Part shown: positions 22,240-30,872 of the stretch, in pieces
How the letters are laid out: every line of letters begins with the position of its first letter
How positions within the stretch are numbered: position 1 is the stretch's first letter
From: Deltaproteobacteria bacterium
GTDB lineage: Bacteria; Myxococcota_A; UBA9160; UBA6930
Length of the DNA: 64,000 nt
Assembly (NCBI GenBank): GCA_028817435.1
Contig: JAPPPQ010000005.1
Coordinates: 3,408-67,407, forward strand
Direction: 5' to 3'
The notes under the pieces: generated by a model
The model's input: the letters and a program-made list of their open reading frames with translations, nothing else
What the model was told of the DNA's origin: nothing
Database searches by the model: none
Position numbers and translations under genes: made by a program

Positions 22240-23963
22240 CAGTATTTGCGCTCCTCGGGCTCCCAAATGCCCAGCTCCACCGGCTTCTTGTCGAAGACCG
22301 GCCCGGAATCGCCGAGGCGCACCAGCGAGTGGTGCAGGTATTCGCCGTCGTTGCGCTCCGGGTAATCGCTGCAGGCGTGCGCGCCGCGGCTTTCGCGGCG
22401 CTCGGCGGCGGCAACGGTGACCGCGGCGGCCACATCCAGCAGATTGCGAAGCTCCAGCGCCGCGGTGATTTCGGTGTTGAAGACGCGGCTCCCGTCCTGC
22501 AAGCGGAGCTGCGCGAAGCGCCCGCCGAGTTCGGCGATTTGGGCCGCCGCGCGGCGCATGCCCGCCTGTTCCCGATAGACGCCGGTTCCCTCTTCCATCG
22601 CCCGGGTCATGGCGTCGCGCAACTGCGCCACGGTTTCGCCGCCGCCCTGGCGGCCGCGCAGCGCCTCCAGCTCGGCTTCCGCCGCGCGGGCAGATTCCAC
22701 CAACGCCGCTTCCGGCGGCGCATCCGCTTCCCGCACATGGGCGGCGCTGTGCGCGCCGCTGCGCGCGCCGAACACCAGGCACTCGGTGAGCGAGTTCGAG
22801 CCCAGCCGGTTTGCGCCGTTCAGCGAGACGCAGGCCGTTTCGCCCGCGGCGTAGAGCCCGGCAATCTGCGTGGCGCCGTCAATATCGGTATCCACTCCGC
22901 CCATCATGTAATGCAGCACCGGGCGCACCGGAATGGGCTCGTGCACCGGATCCACGCCGATGTAGGTGCGCGCCAGTTCGCGCACAAAGGGCAGCCGCGA
23001 ATCGATCTTCGCCGCGCCGAGGTGGCGCAGGTCGAGATGCGCAAATTCCCCCGTCTTGCCCGGCAGCGAAACGCCGCGCCCGGCGGCAATTTCCTGGGTA
23101 ATGGCGCGGGAGATCATGTCGCGGGGACCGAGTTCGGCCTTTTGCCCCACGCCGTAATCCCGGGTGATGAGAAAGCGCTCGCCTTCGGCGTTCTTCAGGT
23201 GGCCGCCTTCGCCCCGCGCCGCTTCGGTGATCAGAATGCCCGTGCCCGGCAGCCCCGTCGGGTGATACTGCACGAACTCCATATCTTTCAGCGCCAGGCC
23301 GGCGCGGTAGGCCAGCGCCATGCCGTCGCCGGTTTTGATGGCGCCGTTGGTGGTGAAGGGCCAGGCGCGCCCGCCGCCGCCGGTGGCGAGAATTACCGCG
23401 CGGCCCAGAACGGCCCGGGTTTCGCCGCTGCGGATATCCAGAGCGGCCACGCCGCCGCAGCGTCCGTCCTGCACCAGCAGCTTCGTCACGAAGTGCTCGT
23501 CGAGGCGCTCGATGCGCTCGTAGCGCAGCGAAGTCTGAAACAGCGTGTGCAGAATGTGGAAGCCGACCTTGTCGGTGGCGAACCAGGTGCGCTTGGTGGT
23601 CATGCCGCCGAAGGCGCGGGTGGCCACCGTGCCGTCGTCGTTGCGGCTCCACGGGCAGCCCCAGTGTTCCAGCCGCACCAGTTCCTCCGGCGCGCGCTCC
23701 ACGAAATACTGAATCACGGGCTGGTCGCCGAGAAAGTCCGAGCCCTTCACGGTGTCGTAGGCGTGGGCCTCGAGGCTGTCGTCCGCCCGCGCCACCGCCG
23801 CCGCGCCGCCTTCGGCAGAGACCGTGTGGCTGCGCATGGGATACACCTTCGACACCAGCGCCACGCGCAGCTGCGGATCGGCCTCTGCAACCGCAATGGC
23901 CGCGCGCAGGCCCGCCGCGCCGCCGCCCACAATTACGATGTCATAGTGAAGGACCGAGTCCAT
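22239..23963 (-). CDS. frdA: Fumarate reductase flavoprotein subunit
   Basis: Track ORF 22239..24077; ATG at 23963 (MDSVLHYDIVIVGGGAAGLRAA). Covalent-FAD histidine region MRSHTVSAEGG. Also FVQYHPTGL and ITEAARGEGG. Confidence 0.93.
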   Translation of the reverse strand: MDSVLHYDIVIVGGGAAGLRAAIAVAEADPQLRVALVSKVYPMRSHTVSAEGGAAAVARADDSLEAHAYDTVKGSDFLGDQPVIQYFVERAPEELVRLEHWGCPWSRNDDGTVATRAFGGMTTKRTWFATDKVGFHILHTLFQTSLRYERIERLDEHFVTKLLVQDGRCGGVAALDIRSGETRAVLGRAVILATGGGGRAWPFTTNGAIKTGDGMALAYRAGLALKDMEFVQYHPTGLPGTGILITEAARGEGGHLKNAEGERFLITRDYGVGQKAELGPRDMISRAITQEIAAGRGVSLPGKTGEFAHLDLRHLGAAKIDSRLPFVRELARTYIGVDPVHEPIPVRPVLHYMMGGVDTDIDGATQIAGLYAAGETACVSLNGANRLGSNSLTECLVFGARSGAHSAAHVREADAPPEAALVESARAAEAELEALRGRQGGGETVAQLRDAMTRAMEEGTGVYREQAGMRRAAAQIAELGGRFAQLRLQDGSRVFNTEITAALELRNLLDVAAAVTVAAAERRESRGAHACSDYPERNDGEYLHHSLVRLGDSGPVFDKKPVELGIWEPEERKY

Positions 23964-24030
23964 GCGCTCTCCCGGCCGGCCGGCCGCGCCCAGTGTGTAG
24001 CCGAAAGCGAAGCACCGCCGCCACCCGCGC

Positions 24031-26151
24031 TCACAGCGCGCCATCGGGCGGCGCAATCTCGCCCTCTTCGACATCAATATTCAGGCGGCGGCGCTGCCGC
24101 TCGCTGCGCTTTCTGGCGCTTTCGCGTTCGGCCTCCACCTTGAGGCGCAGCTGCTGCTTGCGCCGCTCGGCGTTTTCGCGCTCGGTCTGAATGTTGTCGC
24201 GCTTCAGCACGATCAGCCGCCTTTCGAGCAGCCTGCCGCGCATTTTCATGAGATCTCGGGGCAGCCGCGGACTGCGCACACCGGGGGCGTGGCTCACGGT
24301 GACCGCATCGCGGCCCTCGGTGCCGTCGCTGGCCACCACGCGCACCGAAAGCTGGTTGAGCCCGGTGCGCAGCGGCACCAGCGAGGCGAAGGAGCCATCG
24401 GCGGCCATGGAAATCTCCAAAGCGGATTCGCCGGTGGAGGTGTTCTGCACCTCCAGCACCTCGATGTTCGCAAAGCTCACATTCTCAATGACCTCGACCA
24501 GATCGCCCGGCCGGCGCACCGGCGTGAAGATGCCGCCGGTTACACTGGCCATTTCCACGGTGGCGATGGGGCTGTCGAGGGCTTCGGGGCCCAGCGCAAA
24601 AGAGTGAATGCGAATGCCGGCCCGGCGCGCCTGACTGGCGGCGCGAATTACCGAGCGGACATTGAGTTGCTCGTAGCCGCGCGGATAGGGCAGCGTGGGT
24701 TTTCCGTCGGTGAAGAACAGGATGATTTTTTCGCTGTCGGGATCGGGGGTGGAGAGGCTGCCGCTGAAGCCCTTGAGTTCGCGCAGCGCGGTGCGGATGG
24801 CTTCGCTCATGTTGGTGAGCCCCCAGGTGCCGCGCTCCTGCACATGGTCCAGGGCGCGGCGCACCTGGTCGTAATCCGCCGTCAGCCGCTGCTCGGTTGT
24901 GGCGTCGGGGCGGCGGCGGCCCAGCACAATGGCGCCGGGCACCGACTCGGTGCCGGAAAAAGAAATGACGCTGACCCGGGTGTTGCGGGGATCGAGCTTT
25001 TCAAGCACGCGCTTGGCGGCAGCTACTTCGGCGGCCAGAATGGAATCGCCGGAATCCGAAATGAAGCCGAAGCGGTTGCGCCCCACCACGCCGTTGCCGT
25101 TGATGTCCGCGCCGGAGGCGTCCGCCGCCGTGTCCGAGGTGTCAATGACAATGGCTACATCGAAGCGCCGCAGTTCGCCGATCAGCGCCACCGCGCGGCC
25201 CGCCACAAATGCGCCCTCTTCGTCGCCGATGTAATCGCCTTCGGCGGGATACTCAATGGCGAGCTCGATGTTGGTGGTGAGGTCGTCCGCCGAGCCGAGC
25301 AGCAGTTCGCCCTGCTGCAGCCCCGGCGCGCGGGGCGCCGGCGGCAACGCCTGATCTCTGGCCGAATCGCCGACGCCCTGTTCGCCCCGGGGCGCTGCGC
25401 TGGCGCCGGCATCTGCAAAGGGCCGCCCCAGGCCGCCGTCGTAGGGCAGCCGCAGCGCGCGCAACACGCCGCTGATGGGCGCCACACCGAGCCGGTAGGT
25501 GCCGGCGGCTTCATCGGTATAGGCGGCCTCCAGAATGCCGATGACCGTGCCGCCGGGATAGCGCAGCACCGGCGCCCCCCCCCAGCCGCGCAAATCGTGG
25601 GGAACATCGAGGCGCACCTCGATGCGCTCGTGCCTGCCGAGGGTCACCGTGCCGAAGATATCGTCTTCGTCGCTGGCGCCGCTGGCGGGAACGCCCAGCA
25701 GGCGCACGCGCTTGCCCTCGAGCCGCGACGGATAGGGATCGGTGTCGGCGGTGAGCGCGCGCCCCGCAATAAGCGGCACATCGAGGGCGAAGATGAGATA
25801 GTCCTCGGAGAGCGGGCCGCCCGCGGTGAAGGGCCGCCCAGGCCGCGCGTAAAAGCGGCTCGACACCGAGAGCACATTTCCCGCCTGCCCCGACAGAAAC
25901 TGCAGCTCCGGCGTCTCTGCCAATTGGGCGAGGTCGAGGGTGTGGGCGGAGGTGACGGCCACCGCGCCGTCCTTTCCCGGAATGGAGAGGAAGAAGGCGG
26001 TGCCCGAGCCGTGCCATTCTCCCGCCGCCTGGTAGCGGGGCCGCGCCACCGCCGGCTTGCCCGCCGCCAGCGCCTCTGCGGCGAGCAGCGCCAAGAGCGG
26101 CGCAGCGCAGAGCAGCGCGGTGAGCCGGAGAAATCGCACGCGCAGCGGCAT
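24031..26151 (-). CDS. Secreted multidomain protein: trypsin-like domain (Ser replaced) + von Willebrand factor A domain + beta-sandwich + C-terminal charged coiled coil
   Basis: 3' part of track ORF 24031..26580; ATG at 26151 with signal peptide MPLRVRFLRLTALLCAAPLLALLAAEALA. Trypsin_2-like GSGTAFFL...VTSAHTL, DYLIFALD, then GWGGAPVL where GxSGGP is expected. VWA MIDAS elements are VAIVIDTSDT, GLTNMSEAI and ILFFTDGKP. The tail is ERENAERRKQQLRLKVEAERESARKRSERQRRR. Confidence 0.75.
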   Translation of the reverse strand: MPLRVRFLRLTALLCAAPLLALLAAEALAAGKPAVARPRYQAAGEWHGSGTAFFLSIPGKDGAVAVTSAHTLDLAQLAETPELQFLSGQAGNVLSVSSRFYARPGRPFTAGGPLSEDYLIFALDVPLIAGRALTADTDPYPSRLEGKRVRLLGVPASGASDEDDIFGTVTLGRHERIEVRLDVPHDLRGWGGAPVLRYPGGTVIGILEAAYTDEAAGTYRLGVAPISGVLRALRLPYDGGLGRPFADAGASAAPRGEQGVGDSARDQALPPAPRAPGLQQGELLLGSADDLTTNIELAIEYPAEGDYIGDEEGAFVAGRAVALIGELRRFDVAIVIDTSDTAADASGADINGNGVVGRNRFGFISDSGDSILAAEVAAAKRVLEKLDPRNTRVSVISFSGTESVPGAIVLGRRRPDATTEQRLTADYDQVRRALDHVQERGTWGLTNMSEAIRTALRELKGFSGSLSTPDPDSEKIILFFTDGKPTLPYPRGYEQLNVRSVIRAASQARRAGIRIHSFALGPEALDSPIATVEMASVTGGIFTPVRRPGDLVEVIENVSFANIEVLEVQNTSTGESALEISMAADGSFASLVPLRTGLNQLSVRVVASDGTEGRDAVTVSHAPGVRSPRLPRDLMKMRGRLLERRLIVLKRDNIQTERENAERRKQQLRLKVEAERESARKRSERQRRRLNIDVEEGEIAPPDGAL

Positions 26152-26269
26152 TGCCGAGAGCGTAGGACACGGCGCGGGCCCGCGCATGGCGGCGGCGCTA
26201 CGCTGCTTCGAAGCGCAGGCGGCGGGCAGCGGCGGGCCGCCACCGCGAGACTGGGCGAAGGGGAGAGCG

Positions 26270-27076
26270 ATGGGCGAAGCGCCCGGAAGCGGCACCGGTG
26301 ATGTGGGCGGCGCGGGCGCGGCGCGGCTGGATGGACGCGCGGCGGACCAACTGCGCCCGGTGCGGCTGATCTGCGACTTCACGCAGAACCCGCTGGCCTC
26401 GGTGCTCTGCGAGTTCGGCGCCACCAAGGTGCTGTGCACCGTGTCCAACGAGGAATCGGTGCCGCGCTTTTTGCGCGGCGGCGGGCGGGGCTGGATTACC
26501 GCGGAGTATTCGCTGCTGCCGGGGGCGACGGACCGCCGCGTGCAGCGCGAGGCCACGCAGGGCCGCGCCTCGGGCCGCACCTTCGAGATTCAGCGGCTGA
26601 TTGGCCGCAGTATGCGCGCGGCGGTTTCGACCCGCGCGCTGGGCGAGCGCACTCTGTGGGTGGATTGCGATGTGCTGCAGGCCGACGGCGGCACCCGCTG
26701 CGCCGCCATTACCGGTGCATGGACTGCGCTGGCGCTGGCGGTCTGGCGGCTGCGGCGGCGCGGCGCGCTGGACCGAAATCCGCTGCGCGCGCAGCTCGCC
26801 GCCGTCTCCACCGGCGTGGTGGCGGGCCGCGCGCTGCTCGACCTCTGCTACGAGGAAGACTCCCGCGCCGAAGTGGATATGAACTTCGTCGCCAGCCAGG
26901 AGGGCGCGCTGGCCGAAGTGCAGGGCACCGGCGAATCCGCCACCTTTAGCCGGGCGCAGCTGGGCGAAATGACCGAGCTCGCCCTGCGCGGCATTGCCGA
27001 GTTGTCGCGCATTCAGCGCGCCGCCCTGGCCGACGCCGGCGCCAGCGACTGGCCCGGCCCGGAGACAGCGCCGTGA
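26270..27076 (+). CDS. rph: Ribonuclease PH
   Basis: Track ORF 26057..27076. I prefer the ATG at 26270 (GGGAGAG upstream); GTG at 26303 is also possible. DGRAADQLRPVRL, GWITAEYSLLPGAT, VDCDVLQADGGTRCAAITGA. Confidence 0.9.
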   Translation: MGEAPGSGTGDVGGAGAARLDGRAADQLRPVRLICDFTQNPLASVLCEFGATKVLCTVSNEESVPRFLRGGGRGWITAEYSLLPGATDRRVQREATQGRASGRTFEIQRLIGRSMRAAVSTRALGERTLWVDCDVLQADGGTRCAAITGAWTALALAVWRLRRRGALDRNPLRAQLAAVSTGVVAGRALLDLCYEEDSRAEVDMNFVASQEGALAEVQGTGESATFSRAQLGEMTELALRGIAELSRIQRAALADAGASDWPGPETAP

Positions 27077-27681
27077 AAGCGCTGCTGCTGGCCAGCGCAA
27101 ACCCGGGCAAGCTGGCGGAGTTTCGCGCGCTGCTCGCCGGGCTGGATATTGCGCTGCCCGGCCTGGCGGATTTTCCCGGCGTCGCGCTGCCCGCAGAGGG
27201 CAGCGATTACCGGGAGAACGCCGCGGCCAAGGCGCGCAGCGCCTGCGAAGGCAGCGGCCTGCCCGCTTTGGCCGACGATTCGGGACTCGAAGTCGCAGCG
27301 CTGGGCGGCGCACCCGGCCCGCACTCTGCGCGCTACGGCGGCCCCGGACTGGACGACCGCGCGCGCCTGGAATTGCTGCTGGCCGAACTCGCCGCCCGCC
27401 CTTCCGCCCGCCAGGCGGCGCAGGCCCGGGAAGCGCGCTTTGTGTGCGTGGCGGCGCTGGCGCTGCCGGAAGGCGCGCTGCACCTCGCCAGGGGCGAGTG
27501 CGCGGGCGAAATTTTGCGCGCGCCCCAGGGCGGCGGCGGCTTCGGCTACGACCCGGTGTTCCGCCCGGCAGATCACAACTGCTCCATGGCCGAACTTCCG
27601 CCCGCCGAAAAGAATCGCATCTCTCACCGCGCCCGCGCCCTGGCCAAACTCCGCCCGCAACTGCAACGGCTGCAGGCGTGA
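27073..27681 (+). CDS. rdgB: Non-canonical purine NTP pyrophosphatase (RdgB/HAM1 family)
   Basis: Track ORF 27073..27681, GTG start overlapping the rph stop (GTGA). ASANPGKLAEF, ADDSGLEVAALGGAPGPHSARY, GFGYDPVF, KNRISHRARA. Confidence 0.9.
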   Translation: MKALLLASANPGKLAEFRALLAGLDIALPGLADFPGVALPAEGSDYRENAAAKARSACEGSGLPALADDSGLEVAALGGAPGPHSARYGGPGLDDRARLELLLAELAARPSARQAAQAREARFVCVAALALPEGALHLARGECAGEILRAPQGGGGFGYDPVFRPADHNCSMAELPPAEKNRISHRARALAKLRPQLQRLQA

Positions 27682-27693
27682 TGGCCGGCTTCG

Positions 27694-27716
27694 CCGCCGC
27701 GCCAGTGGCGCGGCGG
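27694..27716. terminator. GC-rich hairpin between convergent rdgB and transporter genes (possible bidirectional terminator)
   Basis: Read directly: ccgccgcgc (27694-27702), loop cagtg, gcgcggcgg (27708-27716), a perfect 9-bp stem. It sits between the stop codons at 27679-81 and 27720-22. No U-tract on either side, so the call is weak. Confidence 0.3.
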
Positions 27717-27719
27717 AAG

Positions 27720-28988
27720 TCATGCGCCGCGCAGCACGCCCGTTTCGCCCTCCCACTTCGCCAGCGTCACCGCGCAGCAGCTATCGCCGAACACATTGAC
27801 GCTGGTGCGGCACATATCGAGAATGCGGTCGAAGACAAAGAGGAGACCCAGCGCCTCGAGCGGCAGCCCCACGGCGCCCAGGATGACGGCGATGGCCACG
27901 AAGCTCGCCGAGGGAATGCCGGCGACGCCAATGGAGGTGAGCAGCGCGGTGAGCACCACCGTGAACTGCTGGGTGAAGCCCAGCTCCACGCCATATGCCT
28001 GCGCAATGAACAGGGCCGCCACGCATTCGTAGAGCGCGGTGCCGTCCATGTTGACGGTTGCGCCGAGCGGCAGCGAGAAACTCGACACGCGGTTCGAGAC
28101 TCCGGCGCGGTCCTGCACGCACTCCATGGTCACCGGCAGCGTCGCCGAAGAAGACGCGGTGGAAAAAGCCGTGAGCAGCGCGGGCGCCATGGCCCGGTAA
28201 TGCGCCGCGGGATTCACCCGAGCCACAAAGCGCAGCACCAGCGGCATGGTCACCAGGAAGTGCAGCGCCAGCGCAGACAGCACCACCAGCGAAAAGCGCA
28301 ACAGCGGGCCGGCCAGATCCGCCAAATCGGTCTTCAACACCACCCGCGCGACCAGCCCGAAAACCCCGATGGGCGCAAACAGCATGATGAAGCGCGTGAG
28401 CGCCAGCATGACCTCATACATCCCCTGGAAAAACCCCTCGAGGGTTCCGCGCCGCGAGGGTTCCATCCGGGAAATGAAATAGCCGAACAAAATGCTGAAG
28501 AAAATAATGCCGAGCATCTGCCCTTCCGCCGCCGCGGCGACGATGTTGGCGGGCACCATGCGCAGGAAGATTCCCCACAGATCGCCCGCGCTGCGCTCGC
28601 CCACTTTCTCGGCGACCGCGTCGGCGTTCGCCTCCAGATTCAGCACCTTGCCCGCGGGCTCGCCGCCCACCACGCCGGGCTGAACCCAATTCACCAGCAG
28701 CAGCCCGGTGAGAATCGCGGCGACGGAGCTCGCCGCATAGAAGCCCAGCGCCCGGCCGCCCAGCCGCCCCAACCCGCCGCCGCCGAGCCCGGCAATGGCC
28801 ACGACGATGGACGAGGCAATCAGCGGCACGATCAGCATGCGCAGCCCATTCAAAAAGAGCTGCCCCAAAAAGCCGAAGAAGGGCTCCGCCCCACCGAGCC
28901 CCAGCCGCTTGAGCGCCCCGGCGAGCAACACCCCCGCCACCAGCGCAATCAAAATCTGCCAATGCAACTTGAGTTTGAGCGGATTCAT
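27720..28988 (-). CDS. Dicarboxylate/amino acid:cation symporter (DAACS, GltP/DctA family)
   Basis: 3' part of track ORF 27720..29468; ATG at 28988 (MNPLKLKLHWQILIAL). FSTASSSATLPVTME, GATVNMDGTALYECVAALFIAQ. Confidence 0.9.
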   Translation of the reverse strand: MNPLKLKLHWQILIALVAGVLLAGALKRLGLGGAEPFFGFLGQLFLNGLRMLIVPLIASSIVVAIAGLGGGGLGRLGGRALGFYAASSVAAILTGLLLVNWVQPGVVGGEPAGKVLNLEANADAVAEKVGERSAGDLWGIFLRMVPANIVAAAAEGQMLGIIFFSILFGYFISRMEPSRRGTLEGFFQGMYEVMLALTRFIMLFAPIGVFGLVARVVLKTDLADLAGPLLRFSLVVLSALALHFLVTMPLVLRFVARVNPAAHYRAMAPALLTAFSTASSSATLPVTMECVQDRAGVSNRVSSFSLPLGATVNMDGTALYECVAALFIAQAYGVELGFTQQFTVVLTALLTSIGVAGIPSASFVAIAVILGAVGLPLEALGLLFVFDRILDMCRTSVNVFGDSCCAVTLAKWEGETGVLRGA

Positions 28989-29173
28989 TCGCCACCTCCC
29001 CCACCGCAGCTCTGGCAGCGCCACGCAGCGGCCCCACCCAGTGTGCTGCCCCAACGCCGCGCCGTCAAGCGCCCAGCAAAGCCCCCCGGACGCCCCCAAT
29101 CCGCTACATTCCGCCGGCGCTTGAGGCCCGGACGCACCTGCCCAATACTGGTGCGGGAGGCAAAGAGGGAAAC

Positions 29174-30259
29174 GTGGGGCTGGACTACGCCAAACGGGAA
29201 TACCTGTCCGCCGGAGAAGTCGCCGCCTACCTGGCGATCTCTGTGGACGATGTGCACCGGCTTGCCAGCCTGAGCATTCTGAAGGCGCGCCGCTCCACGA
29301 GCGGGCAGTATCGCTTCCGCCTGGACGATATCCGCCACTTCCAAAAGCCCGGCCGGCCCGGCCGTGAGGCGCAAACCGGCGAAGTGGAGGAAGATCTCCG
29401 CATCGCAATCCGGGGAACCCAGCAACGCCTGCTCTGCAGGGATTCCACCCGCATGACGGAATTGCCAAACGAGAGCGTTCACCTGGCCATCACCTCGCCT
29501 CCTTACTTCAACGCCAAGATGTATTCCCAGGACACACCGGGAGACTTGGGCAATGTCCACGATCTGGAGGAGTGGTTTGAGGAAATCCGGAAGGTTTGGG
29601 GCGAGGTGTTGCGAGTTCTGCAGCCGGGGCGAAAGTTTTTCATCAACATCATGAATCTCCCCATCCGCGAGAACGGCACCTTCCGCACGCTGAACCTGAC
29701 GGGCAGGACCATTGACCTGTGCGAAAGCCTGGGTTTTGTTTTCAAGCGAGACATCATTTGGCAAAAGACCAACGGCGTGCGCGCGCACTTCGGAACCTAC
29801 CCCTACCCCGGCGGCATTTTGATCAATCATATGCACGAATTCATTCTGGAATTCAACAAACCGGAGAGAAAGGGATTCAGAAAATACGCCCATTTGAGCC
29901 GGGAGCAGAAAGAACAGTCCAAGCTGGACAAGAATTTCTGGCTCTCGATCAAGAATTCCGATGTCTGGCTCATGAAACCGGAAAAGAGCGGCAGGAACCG
30001 GCAACATATCTCCCCCTTCCCCGTGGAGCTGCCCCTGCGCCTGATCAAAGCCTACAGCTTTGTCGGCGAAACCATCCTGGACCCCTTCGCCGGCTCCGCA
30101 ACCACTCAAATCGCCGCCGCCCTGTCCGGCAGAAACGGAATCGGCTGCGAAATCAACCCCGCCGTCTGCCAAACCGCCCGCAACCGCCTGGAAGAGGCGA
30201 ACGGAGAATTGCCTCCGCTGATCAATAGCCGCTGCTCAAGCACGCGGCGGCTATGCTGA
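29174..30259 (+). CDS. Beta-class DNA methyltransferase (SPPY motif IV, N4-cytosine-like) with N-terminal excisionase/MerR-type helix-turn-helix
   Basis: Track ORF 29174..30259, GTG start after AGAGGGA. HTH is YLSAGEVAAYLAISVDDVHRLA...YRFRLDDIRHF. Motif IV is LAITSPPYFNAK. HISPFPVELPLRLI precedes motif I, ILDPFAGSATTQIAA. A/T-richer than its flanks (lines 29581-29640 and 29641-29700 are each 34/60 G+C by hand count; line 27301-27360 in rdgB is 49/60). Confidence 0.88.
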   Translation: MGLDYAKREYLSAGEVAAYLAISVDDVHRLASLSILKARRSTSGQYRFRLDDIRHFQKPGRPGREAQTGEVEEDLRIAIRGTQQRLLCRDSTRMTELPNESVHLAITSPPYFNAKMYSQDTPGDLGNVHDLEEWFEEIRKVWGEVLRVLQPGRKFFINIMNLPIRENGTFRTLNLTGRTIDLCESLGFVFKRDIIWQKTNGVRAHFGTYPYPGGILINHMHEFILEFNKPERKGFRKYAHLSREQKEQSKLDKNFWLSIKNSDVWLMKPEKSGRNRQHISPFPVELPLRLIKAYSFVGETILDPFAGSATTQIAAALSGRNGIGCEINPAVCQTARNRLEEANGELPPLINSRCSSTRRLC

Positions 30260-30816
30260 GGCTGATGCGCCTGCTTTGCATTCGCCACGCGGAATCGACC
30301 ATGAATGCGGCGGGGGTGTGGCAGGGGCAGGCGGATCCGCCGCTTTCGCGGGTGGGGCGCGGGCAGGCGCGGGCGTTGGCGCGGCGGCTCGCCGAAAGCG
30401 GCGAGGCGCGCGGACTGGCGGCGCTGGCCACCAGCGATTTGCGGCGCGCGCGGCAGACGGCGGAGATTTTGGGCGAGCGGCTGGAGCTTTGCCCGCTGCC
30501 GCTGCCGGCGCTGCGCGAGCGCGATGTGGGCGCATGGAGCGGGCGCAGTCACGCGCAAATTGCGGCGCGCTGGCCCGGCGATTTGCGGCGCTTTCGGGCC
30601 GGCGAGGAGCTGCGGCCCGGCGGCGGCGAGAGCCGCGCCGAGTTTCAGGCCCGGCTGCGCGCCGCCCTCGCCGAGCTGGCCGCGCTGGCCGCGCGCCGGG
30701 GCGGCCGGCCCGTCGCAGTGGTCACGCATCTCGGCGTGCTGCGCGCGCTGCGCCCCGCCGCCTCGCCGGGCAACGCCCAGACGCTGTGGCTCGACCTGCC
30801 GCAGCGCTGCGCTTGA
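30253..30816 (+). CDS. Histidine phosphatase family protein (phosphoglycerate mutase / CobC-like)
   Basis: Track ORF 30253..30816. Catalytic RHAES motif (LLCIRHAESTMN), SDLRRARQTAE, VVTHLGVLRAL. The ATG at 30253 overlaps the methyltransferase stop by 7 nt; ATG at 30265 is an alternative. Confidence 0.82.
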   Translation: MLRLMRLLCIRHAESTMNAAGVWQGQADPPLSRVGRGQARALARRLAESGEARGLAALATSDLRRARQTAEILGERLELCPLPLPALRERDVGAWSGRSHAQIAARWPGDLRRFRAGEELRPGGGESRAEFQARLRAALAELAALAARRGGRPVAVVTHLGVLRALRPAASPGNAQTLWLDLPQRCA

Positions 30817-30872
30817 CGGCGCCGCGCAGAGCGCCTATTGATCCCTCTCCATTTCGCCCCGGAGGCCCCAGC

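Noticed and set aside
28985-30172. A 395-aa minus-strand ORF opposite the SPPY methyltransferase, considered as a candidate cognate restriction endonuclease.
   Set aside because: It is fully antisense to the methyltransferase coding sequence. It has no recognisable nuclease motif and no ribosome-binding context. Its 5' end overlaps the transporter promoter region. It is a shadow ORF.
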